In this document: piece after piece, positions 61,111-64,000 of the stretch | How the letters are laid out: every line of letters begins with the position of its first letter | Numbering within the stretch: position 1 is the stretch's first letter | DNA from: Octopus bimaculoides | Lineage: Eukaryota | Assembly (NCBI RefSeq): GCF_001194135.2 | Contig: NC_068981.1 | Coordinates: 101,949,449 to 102,013,448, forward strand | DNA: 64,000 nt | Direction of reading: 5' to 3' | Translations under genes and position numbers: made by a program | Notes under the pieces: generated by a model | Databases searched by the model: none | What the model was told of the DNA's origin: nothing | What the model saw: the letters and a program-made list of their open reading frames with translations, nothing else

Positions 61111-63154
61111 ATATACATGTCTGTGTATGCATGTGTGTGTGTGTATGCATGCATATGCGTGTATTTTCTTTTAAATATTTTGCTCTGAACGTTTATTTTA
61201 GTCAATTTAAACTCCATGCAAACACATGCTTGTTATGGATATTGCATTGAAATAATAATATATTGGAGTTTAATTTAATCCTATGCCAAAATAATAATGA
61301 TTTTAAATTCAATGAGTATATTTTTATAGTAATTATGCATTAATGCAATACACACACACATGTAGTATGTGTATATGTAAGTGCGTGAATGCATGCATTT
61401 GTGATACCTTGTCTTGAGATTATGCGATAGTTTCAAACTTTGACATCATTTAGGAGGTATCATATATTTCCAATCTTCTGTGAAAGCATGTCAGGGCATG
61501 CAGAAATATTGGTTTCACATTTTGGCACAATGTCAGCAATAATGTTGTATGGAGCATGACAATCCAACCAAGCCCTTTCCAACATGGAAAAATGATGTAA
61601 AATGACAAGGGTGAGGGATGATGATGATGAAACCTATATGCATGTATTTGTGTATTTTTATGTGTGCATGTGTCTGTGTGTATATGTATATGTGTGTGCG
61701 TGTGTGTGTGTGTGTGTGTAAAATGCTAGCATAGGTTGGATGGTTTGACAGAAGCTGACTGAGATTCATGTGTTTCAGCATGGTTTCTACAGCTGGATGC
61801 CTTTCCTATTGCCAACCACTTTACAAAGTGTATTGAGTGCACTTATGTGGCATCAGCACTTATACATGACACCAGCACCCATGAGCCCGCAAGAACTTTA
61901 TATTTTGTACTTGCTTCAGTCATTGGACTGCAGCCATATTGGGGCAGCACCTTGAAAAATTTAATCAAATAAATTGATCCCTGTACTTATTTATTTTCTA
62001 AGCTTGGTACTCATTCTATCAATCACACATACATACCCACCCACTCACAACAGAGATGTAAACGTATATTAAACTTCATGTATGTAGAGAAGAAAATAAT
62101 GAGAAAAATCTAATGAATGCTTTAAGCCAGATATGATTTATAAATAGCATTTTCTCTTTTTTTCCATTTTACATATATATATTTTCTATTATCTATGGCA
62201 AATCGTTCTGTTGGATAGGCAGTATAAATAAACCAAAAGGTCTGCTTCTTAACAAACTCCCATCCAAACCCACACACCACGTTCGCTGCAAAATTATTGC
62301 GGCTTGTATATTGACCTTCCCTTTATCTTACCACTCAATAATATTGATTTCTTCTTGACTGGGCAGAAAGTCAACGGTTGGTAGCCACAGTGTGAGTGTG
62401 CATAAGTGTAAGTGAGTATGTGAGTGCATGTGTGTATATAAGCTTTTGAGTTCATGTGTAAGTGTGTGTGTGTGTGTGTGTGTGTGAGAGCATGTGTATG
62501 CGTGTCATTGTTCACCCATTTGTTTATTTCTATGCTATGTCTGTTTAATTGATGCTAGCATGGGTTGAACAGATTTATTTTTTCAGGCACAACCAGAAGC
62601 TCTTCTTGTAAATAAGCCTTACGTGTTTCTCAAGTAAGGGATCACTTATCTCCAAATCTTGGAAGATGCAAATCCAGCAAGTGATTTGCTGACAGCAGAA
62701 ATGACAATGTTACTGCATGTAGCTTAGCAATTTTGGGGAATTAGTAGAATTGTTAGCATGCCAGACAAAATGCTTAGTGGCATTTTGTCTGTTTTTACAG
62801 CCTGAGTTCAAATTCTGCTGAGACTGACTTTACCTTTCATCCTTTTGGGGTAAAATTAAGTATCAGCTGAGTATTGGTGCCAATGTTTAATGACTTAACG
62901 CCTTCCTCCTAAATTGCTGGCCTTGTGCCAAAATTTGAAACCAATTTTTGGAGAAGTGCAATTGTATGAAGGAAAATAAGGTACATGTGTAAGCTTCAGT
63001 TTCCATGTACCAAATCCATTCACAGGGATTAGGTCAGCCTGGTACTACAGTAGAAGATGTTTGCCTAAGGTACCATGCAGTGGGACTGAACTGAAAACCA
63101 TGTGGTTGCAAAGGGAACTTTTCAGCTGCACAGTTGTGTGACTGTTGTCAATTA

Positions 63155-64000
63155 TTAGGTCGTCAAGTATGAAATTTGTAGTAAGGTATATGGTAAACTT
63201 TGACAGCTGCTCATTTTGCGCCATTATTATATTTTGACAATCTTTATTTTTTGTTGGAAAACTGACACGTCTATTTCATTATTCTATCTCGTTCTGCACT
63301 TTATAAAGTATTTATAAATTGTTTTTTGCTATTTTAGTTTAGAGATGGATAAGTTGGGAATTCATACAGTTTTGAAATATGAGTTCTTTCTTAGAAATAC
63401 AGCATCACAGACAGCTTAGAATATTAATGAAGTATTTCATTCTAATGTTATTATACAGTAGACAGTATCTAACTGGTTTGTAAAATGTCATTCTAGTAAT
63501 TTTGACCTCACAAATGAGCAACACAGTCAACCAGAAACAAAGGTGGATCATGAAAAACTGAAAGCCACTGTCGAGTCAGATCCATCTCAAAGTGCCCGTG
63601 AATTATCGTTGTTGTTTGGTGTTAGCAAGCAAACAATATTGACTCACCTAGTTCAAATCGGTAAAATGAAAAAGTTGGATAAGTGGGTTCCACATAAACT
63701 CAATGAAATTCAGAAACAGTAACGTTTGGAATCCTGCATTGTGCTACTTTCTAGTCACAAAAATGAATCATTTTTGAAACGAATTGTAACGTGATGAGAA
63801 ATGGATCCAATACAACAACCATAAACGTTCAGCACAATGGCCACACAAAGACGAGCCACTAAAACATAGTCCAAAAAGTAAAATTCATCAAAAGAAGCTG
63901 ATGGTGTGTGTTTGGTGGTCTGGTGCAGTTGTGATCCATTATGATTTCATTAAACCTGGCTCATCAATCACGGCCAAAGTATACTGTAGCCAACTAGACC
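63155..64000 (+). mobile_element. mariner (Hsmar1/cecropia-like) element running off the window end; transposase pseudogene from 63345
   Basis: TA|TTAGGT left end. Translation MDKLGIHTVLKYEF...HLVQIGKMKKLDKWVPHKLNE...FLKRIVTxDEKWIQYNNHKRSAQW...KKLMVCVWWS...KPGSSITAKVY with several stops. Confidence 0.95.

Noticed and set aside
2537-62515. Dozens of 60-120 aa ORFs rich in YI, HT, CV or ER repeats
   Set aside because: These are translations of (TA)n, (CA)n, (GA)n tracts or SINE bodies, with no domain signal.
1-64000. CRISPR arrays, rRNA genes, intact tRNA genes, prokaryotic operons or defence systems
   Set aside because: None seen; the sequence is eukaryotic, repeats lack a constant-repeat/unique-spacer pattern, and tRNA-like segments are SINE heads or decayed copies.

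Overview
AT-rich, microsatellite-dense animal genomic DNA from a gapped draft assembly with about 13 N-runs. The SINE families and repeat landscape look like Octopus (cephalopod); this is recognition from memory, not a database result. I cannot confidently identify any host protein-coding gene, and almost all ORFs in the supplied track are microsatellite or N-gap artefacts. The window is mostly transposable-element debris. (1) SINEs: at least four tRNA-headed families, plus many short copies of an RTE 3' tail. (2) LINE remnants: RTE, CR1, R4/Dong and L1/Tx1 clades. (3) A ~1.4 kb Penelope-like RT plus GIY-YIG element. (4) Three Tc1/mariner relics: maT-like, DD41D rosa-like and Hsmar1-like. (5) piggyBac-type and hAT-type MITEs and several fold-back elements. 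The most unusual observations are: a degenerate type I hammerhead ribozyme next to a 370-bp fold-back (21325-21779); a tandem array of three tRNA-like cloverleaves with oligo-T terminators and an empty-versus-filled SINE site (49670-50820); a compact H-type pseudoknot motif in the RTE 3' UTR, amplified as 66-bp tandem units (11400-11566); and a same-strand SINE and R4/Dong pile-up in (AAT)n tracts (36210-38765). Boundaries of degenerate repeats are approximate (about 10-20 bp).
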